From a phage: a DNA stretch of 64,000 bases. The DNA is taken from the sequence record PZ445450.1; one strand, 5' to 3'. Below the pieces are notes generated by a model. The model worked only from the letters and a program-made list of their open reading frames with translations. It was not told where the DNA came from and did no database searches. Within the stretch, counting starts at the first letter, position 1. Each line of letters starts with the position of its first letter. A program made the translations under genes and the position numbers. Positions 9,383 to 18,156 of the stretch are shown piece after piece.

Positions 9383-9402
9383 GAGAATGCAGGAGATAAA
9401 GT

Positions 9403-9648
9403 ATGAACAAAGGGTGGACATTTGTAGACGGCGTTAAAAACATGCCTCTAGGGAAGTATATTGTAGCCATGGCAGATGAGAATGGCAAGGTGGATTTCGG
9501 AGTTTGCGAGGTTGTTCTTGCAGGATCTGGTGACTATGCTCACAAAACTGGGATAATTAACGGTCATTTCTACTTTGATTACAACCCTGTTGTGGCGTAT
9601 ATGGCTATGCCAGAGTTAGAGCTCCCAAAGGAGGGTGCAGATGTTTAA
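9403..9648 (+). CDS. hypothetical protein
   Basis: gcaggagataaag RBS. Confidence 0.45.
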   Translation: MNKGWTFVDGVKNMPLGKYIVAMADENGKVDFGVCEVVLAGSGDYAHKTGIINGHFYFDYNPVVAYMAMPELELPKEGADV

Positions 9649-9838
9649 GCTTAAATCTGCATGGAACATCGCTGTGGGGGACGAGATCCGCATCCCAGGT
9701 GGAAAGACCATTATGAAGATATCACGTATCGAGTATGAAGGTGATCGTGTATTTCATATCTTTGCAGAAGATGGTCGAGAAATTTATATACAGGCAGGCT
9801 CTCACATCTATATCCGTAAGAAAGGGGACGACAAATGA
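9635..9838 (+). CDS. hypothetical protein
   Basis: ggaggg RBS; short overlap with upstream gene. Confidence 0.45.
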   Translation: MQMFKLKSAWNIAVGDEIRIPGGKTIMKISRIEYEGDRVFHIFAEDGREIYIQAGSHIYIRKKGDDK

Positions 9839-10167
9839 CAGAGATCATCGTTTCAACTGCAGGGTATGTATTCCTGACAATCATTGCGTTGGCTATTCTG
9901 GTGGCGGTGTATGGATTTGTTATCCTGCCTATTCTTGAGACATTTAGTTTGTGTCGGTGTTGGAGAAAAGCTTACGGACCACAACCGTGGAAAGACTGGT
10001 TCCATTTGGTGCGTATAGCGTTCTCTTATGCCTATGACCACTCTAGCAGTGCATGCGTAACCGGGTACCATGCCTACAACTGGAACTGGGAAGGGCTGGG
10101 GAGATGGACTGTTACAAAAACTATACCCTTACGGTTGTATAAAGGAAAGAACAAACTGGGCACCTGA
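9835..10167 (+). CDS. hypothetical membrane protein
   Basis: ATGA overlap; hydrophobic helix VFLTIIALAILVAVYGFVILPIL. Confidence 0.45.
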   Translation: MTEIIVSTAGYVFLTIIALAILVAVYGFVILPILETFSLCRCWRKAYGPQPWKDWFHLVRIAFSYAYDHSSSACVTGYHAYNWNWEGLGRWTVTKTIPLRLYKGKNKLGT

Positions 10168-10197
10168 TATTTTTAAGTTATCAGGTTGCTAGAGATC

Positions 10198-10229
10198 AGG
10201 AGGATTTCTAAAATGGATTTCCTCCTTTT
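10198..10229 (+). terminator. rho-independent terminator
   Basis: aggagga ... tcctcct stem followed by ttt; ends plus-strand block 1. Confidence 0.5.
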
Positions 10230-10478
10230 GATATTTCACCGGACCAGATATTTTAAAATTCTTAGAAAATCAGAAAATGGATCGAAAACTAAAATGGATT
10301 TTTCAGAGTAGGCGCGACAAGCTGAATCGCTCATCCTATCGTTTGCACCATATTCTAGACCACCATTACAGATTTCCCGCACATGCTCACATCCTTCTAC
10401 TAGAACTTCCTCCACTTACCCTTGACTTTTTATGGTAATAGTCTAACCACTATCTTGAGGTTGCGGTACAGCTTTCCG

Positions 10479-10640
10479 GGTACTCGATCTGTTTTTCGTT
10501 TCAAAGATTGAATTTTCTGAAAATTTTTCTCGATAAATTTCTCAGTACTCGATCTGTTTTTCGTTTTCTGAATCGGATTTTCTGGAAATCGTTCCGGAGC
10601 TCGACCTGAAATTTTTGGGGACGAAATCGATTTTTCGTTT
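10479..10640. repeat. AT-rich tandem direct repeats
   Basis: gtactcgatctgtttttcgttt occurs identically at 10479 and 10548; flanking gattttctg(a/g)aaat and aaatggat(t) motifs recur 3-4 times between 10200 and 10680. Confidence 0.6.
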
Positions 10641-10772
10641 TCAGAAATGGATTTTTAAAATTTCTATATGGGAATATTTTATAGGATACTGTTTTATAGG
10701 AAATTGTTACGGAGGGTAATTAGCATGCTAATTAAATTTATTAAATGCGAGGAGTTCTCATTTAGAATTTTG

Positions 10773-10927
10773 AATGATAATCATTCTCGTTTGCAGAATA
10801 ACGGGCAGGCCCGGTGATTGTCTCCCGGCCCCTGTTGCCCCGGCTTGTTATTATAGTATCACACAGGACAAAGAAAGCAAGGACTTTTTGCATAAATTTT
10901 TAAATGATAATGATAACCGTTCTCATT
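10773..10927. promoter_or_regulatory. Fur-box-like palindromes next to a GC-rich hairpin element
   Basis: aatgataatcatt (10773-10785) and aatgataatgataaccgttctcatt (10903-10927) resemble the Fur box GATAATGATAATCATTATC; GC-rich elements at 10806-10846 and 10941-10980. Confidence 0.4.
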
Positions 10928-11149
10928 TTATGCAGCGCCCATCCCCGGTGGTTGTCTCCCCCGTCACCGGTGCCTGCCGTCCTTTCGATAGGTATATTGT
11001 GCCACCTGGCGGGGCCGCTGTCAACACTTTTCAAAAAATTTTTCTAACCTGATGCGCTAACCGTTGCAACCTGGCGGGGCCAGCCTGGCAGGGGGGTGAA
11101 AGCTTGCAAACCTGGTAGTAGGGTAAACAATTGAAGAGGAGGTACAAAA

Positions 11150-11323
11150 ATGAAAGGTAATGCTACTCACCTGGAGAATGTAGCGATTAATGACGCTGAG
11201 GCTATCGCCCTGGTTGAAAAGGCTATGGCGGGAGCGTTGGAACATAAAGAAGAGTACGAAAAAATGGTGGTTAACCTAGCGGGGGCGGCAGGTGGATTCT
11301 ATCATAAAAATAATTTAAAATAG
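11150..11323 (+). CDS. small hypothetical protein (57 aa)
   Basis: Strong RBS gaagaggagg 7 nt upstream; not in ORF track (under 60 aa). Confidence 0.45.
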   Translation: MKGNATHLENVAINDAEAIALVEKAMAGALEHKEEYEKMVVNLAGAAGGFYHKNNLK

Positions 11324-11326
11324 TCG

Positions 11327-11354
11327 TTGACAACAAGGTTAATCATGGTATTAT
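11327..11354 (+). promoter_or_regulatory. sigma70-like promoter (TTGACA-N16-TATTAT)
   Basis: -35 11327-11332, -10 11349-11354. Confidence 0.5.
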
Positions 11355-11404
11355 TACCCTACAAGGTGAACAACACCGCACTAACCAGTAAAGAGGATAA
11401 ATTT

Positions 11405-11602
11405 ATGAACGCATACGGGATCAAAGTACGTTGCAACACTCGCCAGGTGGTCACCAATCAAGTGATTTGCCGGGTGGATGTAACCATCAACAACGGGCAA
11501 GGCCTTTATAAATTTCGTCGCGGTCATAGCTATACCCTGCAACAGCTTAATCGTTGCGCCCTGACAAAAGGTCAGATCAACCACTGGTTTAATAAAAAAT
11601 AA
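11405..11602 (+). CDS. hypothetical protein
   Basis: aagagga RBS before internal ATG; the longer track ORF overlaps the promoter. Confidence 0.5.
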   Translation: MNAYGIKVRCNTRQVVTNQVICRVDVTINNGQGLYKFRRGHSYTLQQLNRCALTKGQINHWFNKK

Positions 11603-11605
11603 ATA

Positions 11606-11634
11606 TTGACATGTAGTCTGAAACAAAATATACT
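11606..11634 (+). promoter_or_regulatory. sigma70 promoter (TTGACA-N17-TATACT)
   Basis: -35 11606-11611, -10 11629-11634. Confidence 0.6.
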
Positions 11635-11666
11635 GAAAGCACAAAAGACACTAAGAGGATAAAATC

Positions 11667-12065
11667 ATGAAAACCACAACCTTTAATTTTGACAATGCTG
11701 ACTTCTCTTTTTCTGATGTTAAAAGCTGCCGCCGTGATCGCGGATTCTACAAGGCCTATAATCTGGTTGGCCTGGACGATGATAATAATTTGCACGAAGT
11801 AGCGGAGATCCGGTACTATGCCGCCGCCAGCGGTAACACTCACTACTGTGTATTTTGGATTCACGACAACAAGAACAATAAGTACGGTTATACTGGCGGC
11901 AAGGCGAGCGGTCACGGTTATGATAAAGCCAACGCTGCACTTGAAAGCGCATTAAGTGCCATGGGAATCACTGCCGACGGCTGGATCTATGAAGAAGAGT
12001 TTTTGGCGGCACTTGCTAACCACCTGGGCTATAAAAAGCACATTGTAACATGTGCCCACGAATAA
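11667..12065 (+). CDS. hypothetical protein
   Basis: aagaggataaaa RBS; 132-aa ORF. Confidence 0.55.
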   Translation: MKTTTFNFDNADFSFSDVKSCRRDRGFYKAYNLVGLDDDNNLHEVAEIRYYAAASGNTHYCVFWIHDNKNNKYGYTGGKASGHGYDKANAALESALSAMGITADGWIYEEEFLAALANHLGYKKHIVTCAHE

Positions 12066-12073
12066 AAAAATTA

Positions 12074-12102
12074 TTGACACGCTGCAAAATTCAAGTAAAC
12101 TA
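12074..12102 (+). promoter_or_regulatory. sigma70-like promoter (TTGACA, -10 TAAACT)
   Basis: -35 12074-12079; followed by 5' hairpin ggcggga-atgt-ttcccgcc at 12112-12130. Confidence 0.5.
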
Positions 12103-12149
12103 TACACAAAAGGCGGGAATGTTTCCCGCCAACACAAAGGAAAAAGATC

Positions 12150-12545
12150 ATGAATAAGAACGTACGCCGCATCATGAACGAACTGGCAAACGATGAAAAA
12201 ATTATTGACATGCATTTAGTCAACATTTGCCGCCGTTGTGTAACATATAACAACCGCGCCGCAAAAGCGCGTGAGATGAACGCAAAAGGCACCTTAAAGC
12301 CTTTTCAGGTGGTTGTAAAATCTATAACTAATGCAGCAGGCCAGGCGCATGACCACAACAACGAGAGCACTAATATTGATCCGTCTTACGTAATGAAACG
12401 GATCCGGACTTGCAAGAATAAAGAGCAGGTGTATAACGTCATAGATTGGCTGGACTCCCTGGGCGATGTGGTTTACAATAGGTTTTCTGCAGCCATCGAG
12501 ATCCAGCTTGACAGATTGGACGGGAAAGTACTAAAAACTTATTGA
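12150..12545 (+). CDS. hypothetical protein
   Basis: Leader caacacaaaggaaaaag then ATG; 131-aa ORF. Confidence 0.55.
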   Translation: MNKNVRRIMNELANDEKIIDMHLVNICRRCVTYNNRAAKAREMNAKGTLKPFQVVVKSITNAAGQAHDHNNESTNIDPSYVMKRIRTCKNKEQVYNVIDWLDSLGDVVYNRFSAAIEIQLDRLDGKVLKTY

Positions 12546-12547
12546 GT

Positions 12548-12591
12548 TTATTTTTAGATGGCCTTGACTCCAGGGCCATCAATAAAGTAAA
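12548..12591 (+). repeat. 44-nt intergenic element, copy 1 of 3 identical
   Basis: ttatttttagatggccttgactccagggccatcaataaagtaaa; hairpin GATGGCC/GGCCATC with TTGACT in the loop; begins 3 nt after the stop codon. Confidence 0.8.
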
Positions 12592-12625
12592 CTAACCACA
12601 ATTAAGCGGAAAAGGAGGCTTAAAG

Positions 12626-12745
12626 ATGAGCACTACACGCCAGCACACAAAGGTAACTATTATCGTTTGCATCATTGGTTACATCCTGGCGCAAATGTTG
12701 ATGGGTAGCGCCAACGGTGTAGCAAAATTTTTCTTAAACTTTTAA
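12626..12745 (+). CDS. small hydrophobic peptide (39 aa)
   Basis: aaaaggaggc RBS; sequence VTIIVCIIGYILAQMLMG. Confidence 0.4.
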   Translation: MSTTRQHTKVTIIVCIIGYILAQMLMGSANGVAKFFLNF

Positions 12746-12773
12746 TTGACAAGCTAACTTAGATCAGTATACT
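12746..12773 (+). promoter_or_regulatory. sigma70 promoter (TTGACA-N16-TATACT)
   Basis: -35 12746-12751, -10 12768-12773; 5' hairpin gggaa-aac-ttccc follows. Confidence 0.6.
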
Positions 12774-12824
12774 AAGCACATAGACGGGAAAACTTCCCCA
12801 GACACACGAAAGGAGAAAAACACC

Positions 12825-13166
12825 ATGACTACTATGACCGCCGAAGAAAAAGCCCTGCAGATCGCCGCTCTGAAAAAACAGATCGCAGACCTTGAGAATA
12901 AGATCGATAACTTTGAAATCGACGAGGACAAGTACGACGAAAACTATGATGAATGGCTAGACGAGGTTTATGGCGAAATTATGATCGGAAACATTTCTTT
13001 TCTTCCGTCGCGTATCCTCAAGGAGTTAGATCCTATCGCTTACCGCTGCGGATTTAGCGACTACATCGACAGCCTGGATATTGAGGACGATGAAGAATAC
13101 CGGGAATTACAGACAGAGTTGGAAGAAGCAAAAGAAGAGCTTGCGGAGCTGGAAGAAAACGAGTAA
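12825..13166 (+). CDS. hypothetical acidic coiled-coil protein
   Basis: aaaggagaaaaa RBS; very acidic 113-aa protein. Confidence 0.55.
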   Translation: MTTMTAEEKALQIAALKKQIADLENKIDNFEIDEDKYDENYDEWLDEVYGEIMIGNISFLPSRILKELDPIAYRCGFSDYIDSLDIEDDEEYRELQTELEEAKEELAELEENE

Positions 13167-13168
13167 GA

Positions 13169-13212
13169 TTATTTTTAGATGGCCTTGACTCCAGGGCCAT
13201 CAATAAAGTAAA
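13169..13212 (+). repeat. 44-nt intergenic element, copy 2 of 3 identical
   Basis: Identical 44-mer to 12548..12591; begins 3 nt after the stop codon. Confidence 0.8.
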
Positions 13213-13255
13213 CTTTATACTGTTAACACTGAACTAATGCATAGGAGTTAAAACC

Positions 13256-13501
13256 ATGGCAGCACTAATCACTAAATATTACGCCCCTACCAACACCAAA
13301 AGCGCCCGTATCATGGTAAAAGGCTTCGGACGTAAAAAGGTTTACACCTGGGATTATGCCTTAGACACGGAAGACAACTACACCAACGCGATGACAGATT
13401 TTATTAATGAGCTGAACACGCGGATCTTGACAAATTATAAAATTACCGATATTGCCTATATAGGGGAAGGCGGGATCTGTTTTGTCGGTATCGTCAAATA
13501 A
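13256..13501 (+). CDS. hypothetical protein
   Basis: aggag RBS; 81-aa ORF. Confidence 0.5.
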   Translation: MAALITKYYAPTNTKSARIMVKGFGRKKVYTWDYALDTEDNYTNAMTDFINELNTRILTNYKITDIAYIGEGGICFVGIVK

Positions 13502-13577
13502 ACTGTTTTTTCGGTGGTCCTGGTAGCAGGGCCATCTATAAAGATAGTTTATCAATACAATGAAAGGAGAAAGTAAC

Positions 13578-13925
13578 ATGATCAGTGGGGCAAGTTTTAT
13601 TATTGGCGCTATTGCTACGGCTTTAATTGTAAACAAGATCCAATCTAAAAACGAAAAAGAGAGCAACGCGCTCACAGAATACCCATTTTGGATATTCAAC
13701 GACAATGAAGACTACATTATCAAGTACAAGAATGAGAAGGGCGACCAGGTAACACCGCGACCGATCCCGGCCTACAAGATGCAAGAAACACTATACCGCC
13801 TAAAGGCTGGAGGCGCAAAAATCGTAGACTTTTGGGGATATGATTGCAAGGATCAGGAGGTTATAAAACGGCGTATCCGGGCTATTCAGGCCAATATTGA
13901 AGTTAGCAAGGGGGGGAATATATGA
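13578..13925 (+). CDS. hypothetical membrane-anchored protein
   Basis: aaaggagaaag RBS before second ATG; N-terminal helix ISGASFIIGAIATALIV. Confidence 0.5.
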   Translation: MISGASFIIGAIATALIVNKIQSKNEKESNALTEYPFWIFNDNEDYIIKYKNEKGDQVTPRPIPAYKMQETLYRLKAGGAKIVDFWGYDCKDQEVIKRRIRAIQANIEVSKGGNI

Positions 13926-14119
13926 AGATTAATTTTGAGAAGATTGTAAAGCGATCTCATGTTTCCGAAGAGCTGCCGGAACGACGCCAGCGTAACAATA
14001 AACTGAATAAGCCAAAAAGATTTGGAAAGATCTGGCGAAATCATTATGATCGTAAATTGCCTGGCCTACTTTTGGAACGTGAACGACAGGCAGAACGATA
14101 CCGCCATAAAGACAAATAA
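13922..14119 (+). CDS. hypothetical basic protein
   Basis: ATGA overlap; Arg/Lys-rich 65-aa ORF. Confidence 0.45.
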   Translation: MKINFEKIVKRSHVSEELPERRQRNNKLNKPKRFGKIWRNHYDRKLPGLLLERERQAERYRHKDK

Positions 14120-14127
14120 CAACCAAC

Positions 14128-14153
14128 GCCCCGCCATTGTGCGGGGCTTTTTA
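14128..14153 (+). terminator. rho-independent terminator
   Basis: gccccgc-cattgt-gcggggc then ttttta. Confidence 0.7.
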
Positions 14154-14300
14154 TTTCTATCCTACGAATAGCGCCCCTGGTTGGCCCTGTAAGCGCCAAA
14201 AAGGCCCCACCTATGCAATCGCCCCCCTTTAACCTGAAAACATCGCTTAGGGCCGTTTTATGGCGTTAAAAATATCATTGACAGTGATTTTATTTAAAGC

Positions 14301-14328
14301 TTGACATCTTAAACAGGTTAGCTATACT
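14301..14328 (+). promoter_or_regulatory. sigma70 promoter (TTGACA-N16-TATACT)
   Basis: -35 14301-14306, -10 14323-14328. Confidence 0.6.
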
Positions 14329-14360
14329 AACCACATCAAAGAGAGAAAGGAGTAAACGCC

Positions 14361-14621
14361 ATGCGTAAATTAAAAAATTTTGATAAAGTTGATGTTGTCC
14401 TGAATAATTTTTACTACTGCAACAACAAGGCCATTTGGTGGCGTGATAGTTCCACCGATAAAGTCAAGGCGCGCTTTCTCCAGGGGCACTGGCAAGGCCG
14501 CCCAGTGATTAAAATCATGGGGCAATTGGTAGCGTTTAAAAATTGCCGCCGTGTTGATGACGTTGAGGAGATTTTAAACATTTTGCGCCACAATAATTTA
14601 AAAAATAGTGTTGACAAGTAA
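14361..14621 (+). CDS. hypothetical protein
   Basis: aaggag RBS; 86-aa ORF. Confidence 0.5.
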   Translation: MRKLKNFDKVDVVLNNFYYCNNKAIWWRDSSTDKVKARFLQGHWQGRPVIKIMGQLVAFKNCRRVDDVEEILNILRHNNLKNSVDK

Positions 14622-14638
14622 ATCTCAATAAGTATAAT
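14611..14638 (+). promoter_or_regulatory. consensus sigma70 promoter (TTGACA-N16-TATAAT)
   Basis: -35 14611-14616, -10 14633-14638; 5' hairpin ggcgg-gaaaactta-ccgcc at 14649-14667. Confidence 0.65.
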
Positions 14639-14695
14639 TAAACACACAGGCGGGAAAACTTACCGCCACTAACAAAGAAAACAGGAGAAAATATC

Positions 14696-15319
14696 ATGAC
14701 CACCGTTAACATTACCACAGGTTACAATTTATCTTTCGACGTGCTGACCGACGAACAAAAAGAAAAAGCCATTGAAATGGTACGCGAAAGAGAAGAACAC
14801 AGCGGGGATGACTTTTTTGCAGAAAGTGTAATTGAACACTACAAAGAATATATCTTTCCAGAGTACGGCCTTGAAGATACCGAAGTACATTGGTCCGGCT
14901 TTTGGTGCCAGGGTGACGGCGCGTCAATCAGTGCTGAAAACGTGGATTTAGAAAAATTTTTGCGTAAAGTAAAGGCCCTGACCAAGTTCCGATCAATTCG
15001 TCACTTGTTCGGCACAATGCACGATGGCGAGTTATCAGCCAGTGTTGAACGCGACAAGTACAGCCATTACAGCCATGAAAACACTGTAAGCGGATACATT
15101 GATACCACCTGGCTAGATCTGACCGCCAAACAAGAAAACAAAGTGGAAGACCTGGAAGAGCTGATCACCGAGACGGTACGGGAGCTATCCCGCAAGGTTT
15201 ACGTAGACCTGGAGGAGGCCTATCTAGAACAGTTCACTACCGAAAACCTGATCGGCCTTATTGAGGCCAATGATTGGCGGTTTGATGTGGATGAATATGG
15301 AGAGATGAGTTTTTCATAA
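14696..15319 (+). CDS. hypothetical acidic protein (207 aa)
   Basis: Leader ctaacaaagaaaacaggagaaaat then ATG; largest protein of the cassette array. Confidence 0.55.
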   Translation: MTTVNITTGYNLSFDVLTDEQKEKAIEMVREREEHSGDDFFAESVIEHYKEYIFPEYGLEDTEVHWSGFWCQGDGASISAENVDLEKFLRKVKALTKFRSIRHLFGTMHDGELSASVERDKYSHYSHENTVSGYIDTTWLDLTAKQENKVEDLEELITETVRELSRKVYVDLEEAYLEQFTTENLIGLIEANDWRFDVDEYGEMSFS

Positions 15320-15327
15320 ATAAAGTG

Positions 15328-15355
15328 TTGCAATAATCTAAAAACCTGCTATATT
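15328..15355 (+). promoter_or_regulatory. sigma70-like promoter (TTGCAA-N16-TATATT)
   Basis: 5' hairpin ggggcaa-gacg-tttgcccc at 15365-15384 follows. Confidence 0.5.
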
Positions 15356-15408
15356 AAAACTCAAGGGGGCAAGACGTTTGCCCCACACAAAACAAAGAGG
15401 AAAACATT

Positions 15409-15789
15409 ATGAAAAACACTACTAAAGCTATTGACACCGTTATGTTTAACCTGGTTACCTTTCGCGAGGATATGAAAGATCTTCCACGTGAAACAGTGTG
15501 CGATCACATTGAAAACTATCGCAAACTAATCAAAGAGTTGCCTTTAAAACGTGACCAGTATGCGGCTAACGCTATGCTCAACGCCATGATCAAAAAGATG
15601 ATTCAGTGTGATTTAACCCTGGCCTATGATTATGCAGGTGGTCGTTTTGCAGTATACAATCAGCCCGTGCCTGGTATGGGCACCACTGAAGAATTGCACG
15701 CGCTCAATCTAAAACAAGACGTGTGGGATAGTATGCCCCGCGTGGTGGTGTGGGCAGAAAGCGGAAAGATTTACGGCGATAATTTTTAA
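15409..15789 (+). CDS. hypothetical protein
   Basis: cacaaaacaaagaggaaaac leader; 126-aa ORF. Confidence 0.55.
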   Translation: MKNTTKAIDTVMFNLVTFREDMKDLPRETVCDHIENYRKLIKELPLKRDQYAANAMLNAMIKKMIQCDLTLAYDYAGGRFAVYNQPVPGMGTTEELHALNLKQDVWDSMPRVVVWAESGKIYGDNF

Positions 15790-15853
15790 TCAGGTAACAG
15801 GCGGCATATTTGCCGCCTTATTGTTAAACAGAACTGCAAAAGAGGTACATAGA

Positions 15854-16225
15854 ATGGAATTTATTATTTTGGCCGTATTAGTTGCCTTGTTTAACGCCTG
15901 GATCGCTGGCAAGATGGGTAGATCCGCCTTTTTATGGTTTATTATATCTATTTTCCTGGGGGTGGTTGCAACTATTGTACTTGTTATCCTTGCAATTGTT
16001 GACAAAGGCGATAATAGAAAGGGTAAAGTATTTTCCGACCTGTATGACGCGCAAACATTTGTCAACGCCTATTATAGTGATCTTCCAGTCTCCCTACGCT
16101 GCAGCCTTGCACAACAGGTTTTCGATGAAGCTAAAACCAGAGATCACGCCCATGAGATTTGTTTAACTGAGGCGGATCGCCTATTTGAGAGGAATAGAAA
16201 ATATGTGGGCCAGCCGTTTAAATAA
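15854..16225 (+). CDS. hypothetical membrane protein (2 predicted TM helices)
   Basis: aaagaggtac RBS before internal ATG; IILAVLVALFNAWIAG and FLWFIISIFLGVVATIVLVILAIV. Confidence 0.5.
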   Translation: MEFIILAVLVALFNAWIAGKMGRSAFLWFIISIFLGVVATIVLVILAIVDKGDNRKGKVFSDLYDAQTFVNAYYSDLPVSLRCSLAQQVFDEAKTRDHAHEICLTEADRLFERNRKYVGQPFK

Positions 16226-16448
16226 TACCACGTTAATTAATCCCTTTGATGAAGATTTGAAGCCAGCCGCCTGGCGTGATGGATTCAATAACGAACGCTT
16301 TATTTTCAGGCCTGATCTTAAGGAATTTTATAACAATGGATCGAACAACGACAGAGATAATTTTTCTTGTGATGTGCGTGGTGATGGTACTCCTGGGGGC
16401 CATTGTAAACCACGTCACTACTACCAGGATGAAAGGGGGAGACGATGA
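16203..16448 (+). CDS. hypothetical protein
   Basis: gagagg RBS; its stop forms an ATGA overlap with the next ORF, supporting this frame. Confidence 0.4.
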   Translation: MWASRLNNTTLINPFDEDLKPAAWRDGFNNERFIFRPDLKEFYNNGSNNDRDNFSCDVRGDGTPGGHCKPRHYYQDERGRR

Positions 16449-16564
16449 CAACCAAGGATAAGCCCCGCACCGATAAGGTGCGCCGGGTTATGGTATGGCT
16501 TGAGATCATCGCCCTTGAAATATTGTTAGGCGTAGGGATGTATTTTATCGCTGTAAGTAACTGA
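16445..16564 (+). CDS. small membrane peptide (39 aa)
   Basis: aagggggagacg RBS; WLEIIALEILLGVGMYFIAV. Confidence 0.4.
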   Translation: MTTKDKPRTDKVRRVMVWLEIIALEILLGVGMYFIAVSN

Positions 16565-16568
16565 TAAC

Positions 16569-16598
16569 GGCCCCCGATCCCTGGGGGCCTAACTTTTT
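16569..16598 (+). terminator. rho-independent terminator
   Basis: ggccccc-gatccct-gggggcc followed by taacttttt. Confidence 0.65.
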
Positions 16599-16621
16599 CA
16601 AAAAATTTTTCTTCCGGGGTG

Positions 16622-16650
16622 TTGCAATCCGGTCCGAAATATGGATAATA
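16622..16650 (+). promoter_or_regulatory. sigma70-like promoter (TTGCAA-N17-ATAATA)
   Basis: Followed by 5' hairpin gggga-gctaa-tcccc at 16663-16677. Confidence 0.5.
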
Positions 16651-16708
16651 ATAATAATCAACGGGGAGCTAATCCCCACCAACACAAAAACCAGAAAGGA
16701 GAAACAAA

Positions 16709-16909
16709 ATGAGCAACAATATCCGCGTTATTAACTTCAAAAAAGAAGAAAAAATTGCCGTGCTGATTGACGGTCAAGAAATCTTCAAGGGCGACTATGA
16801 AGATCATCAAACGGCGATTAGTATCACTCGCGTGATTGGTTACCATAATTTTTACCCCCAAGGCGCTGAGGCAGCTGTTAAACGAATCAAAGAGATTGTA
16901 GGCCTGTAA
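16709..16909 (+). CDS. hypothetical protein
   Basis: Leader ccaacacaaaaaccagaaaggagaaac then ATG. Confidence 0.55.
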   Translation: MSNNIRVINFKKEEKIAVLIDGQEIFKGDYEDHQTAISITRVIGYHNFYPQGAEAAVKRIKEIVGL

Positions 16910-16912
16910 AAT

Positions 16913-16956
16913 TTATTTTTAGATGGCCTTGACTCCAGGGCCATCAATAAAGTAAA
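16913..16956 (+). repeat. 44-nt intergenic element, copy 3 of 3 identical
   Basis: Identical 44-mer to copies at 12548 and 13169; begins 4 nt after the stop codon. Confidence 0.8.
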
Positions 16957-16993
16957 TTTAAACCCTGTTAAAATACCACGCAGTTAACAAGGA

Positions 16994-17302
16994 GTGATAG
17001 ACATGTTTATCCAGGCTAATAATCTTTATTTCTTTGATGGTCAGATCGTAGACGGCGTGGAAGTAGAGATCACCGGGTGCCCTGGCGGTCAGGTTATGAC
17101 TTTTCGGAATAATGCCTTTGATGATTCTCATATCGTTATGAGAATGGAAGTTAGTAAGCTGGACGATAAGAAAACACTCATTGATTATTCCGTGAAAGAT
17201 CATCCAGACTACCACATGATCTATGGCGATTTGTGCATTGTTGACCGTGACAAGGTGAACGGCATTGTGATCGCTATTGTGAACGATGTTTTCTCAAACT
17301 AG
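16994..17302 (+). CDS. hypothetical protein
   Basis: aacaaggagtgatagac RBS. Confidence 0.55.
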   Translation: MIDMFIQANNLYFFDGQIVDGVEVEITGCPGGQVMTFRNNAFDDSHIVMRMEVSKLDDKKTLIDYSVKDHPDYHMIYGDLCIVDRDKVNGIVIAIVNDVFSN

Positions 17303-17319
17303 TTTCAGCAGGTTATTTT

Positions 17320-17670
17320 ATGAAAGTAAAACTATATTACCTTAATGAGCTTAACCCCCTTGCCCAGGTCCGCGCCCTGGCTAATACCTTGATTTGTGAG
17401 AAATCTGTATATTGTGTTGAGATTAACGCCATGCGTGAACGTCTCAAAGGTGGTTACTTTGACATCCATGCTGCAATCAACGGCCTGAATATGGAATTTA
17501 TCCGCTTACGTAACAGCCGCCAGAGTCTGGCAAGAATGGAACAAGATCCGGCCCACCTTCGTAAGCTGGTTATTGAAAACCATCTGATGTTCAATGCCGA
17601 TGGCGATTATTACCATTTTCACCGTAAACGCTGGTACCGTAGCGGCAATATAGGAAATAATGCAAAATAA
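17320..17670 (+). CDS. hypothetical protein
   Basis: 116-aa ORF; weak RBS. Confidence 0.45.
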   Translation: MKVKLYYLNELNPLAQVRALANTLICEKSVYCVEINAMRERLKGGYFDIHAAINGLNMEFIRLRNSRQSLARMEQDPAHLRKLVIENHLMFNADGDYYHFHRKRWYRSGNIGNNAK

Positions 17671-17707
17671 GGCCCCCGGCAGGGCCTACAGCGATATAAT
17701 CATCTAA

Positions 17708-17739
17708 AGGCTATGCAACCGCATGGCCTTTATTATTTT
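17708..17739 (+). terminator. rho-independent terminator
   Basis: aggctatgc-aacc-gcatggcct then ttattatttt. Confidence 0.6.
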
Positions 17740-17871
17740 GGCGTTACAGCGGCCCCAAGGCGCTTAAAAATTTTTTTAAAGAAGTGCTTGCATCAAGTCC
17801 TACAATATGGATAATAGGACGTGTCAGGGGGCGGCCCCCAATCATTAACCGGATAGATAGGAGTTAAAACT

Positions 17872-18156
17872 ATGGCTATTGTTACCGTTGGCGATGTAGT
17901 AGAAATGGAAGCCAAATACTTAAAAGCGGGTATGCATATCCTACGCAACGATCTTGAGCTAGTCCTGACAATGGTCGACTATAATCCCGGCCAGGATTAT
18001 CCAAGCATCGACTACTTTTTTGAGTATGTTGATGAAGAGCTAAAAGAAGACGAAGCCTATTGCGGTGAATTTTGCAACTTCTTTTGCCCTGATGAGGTTG
18101 TAAAAGTTATCTATCAACCTGGCGTACCTTTCCCGTTGCACGCCATCAATAAATAA
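17872..18156 (+). CDS. hypothetical acidic protein
   Basis: Promoter-like TTGCAT with 5' hairpin ggggg-cgg-ccccc at 17827-17839; aggag RBS. Confidence 0.5.
   Translation: MAIVTVGDVVEMEAKYLKAGMHILRNDLELVLTMVDYNPGQDYPSIDYFFEYVDEELKEDEAYCGEFCNFFCPDEVVKVIYQPGVPFPLHAINK

Noticed and set aside
16276-16461. Track ORF 16276..16461 as the coding frame for this region
   Set aside because: The alternative frame (16203..16448) ends in an ATGA overlap with the following well-supported ORF and has its own RBS, so that frame was preferred. This is a judgement call and ribosome profiling could reverse it.
12548-16956. The 44-nt repeated hairpin element as a rho-independent terminator
   Set aside because: The T-run precedes the stem on the plus strand and an A-rich tract follows it on the minus strand, so neither strand gives hairpin followed by U-tract; promoter, processing site or recombination site fits better.
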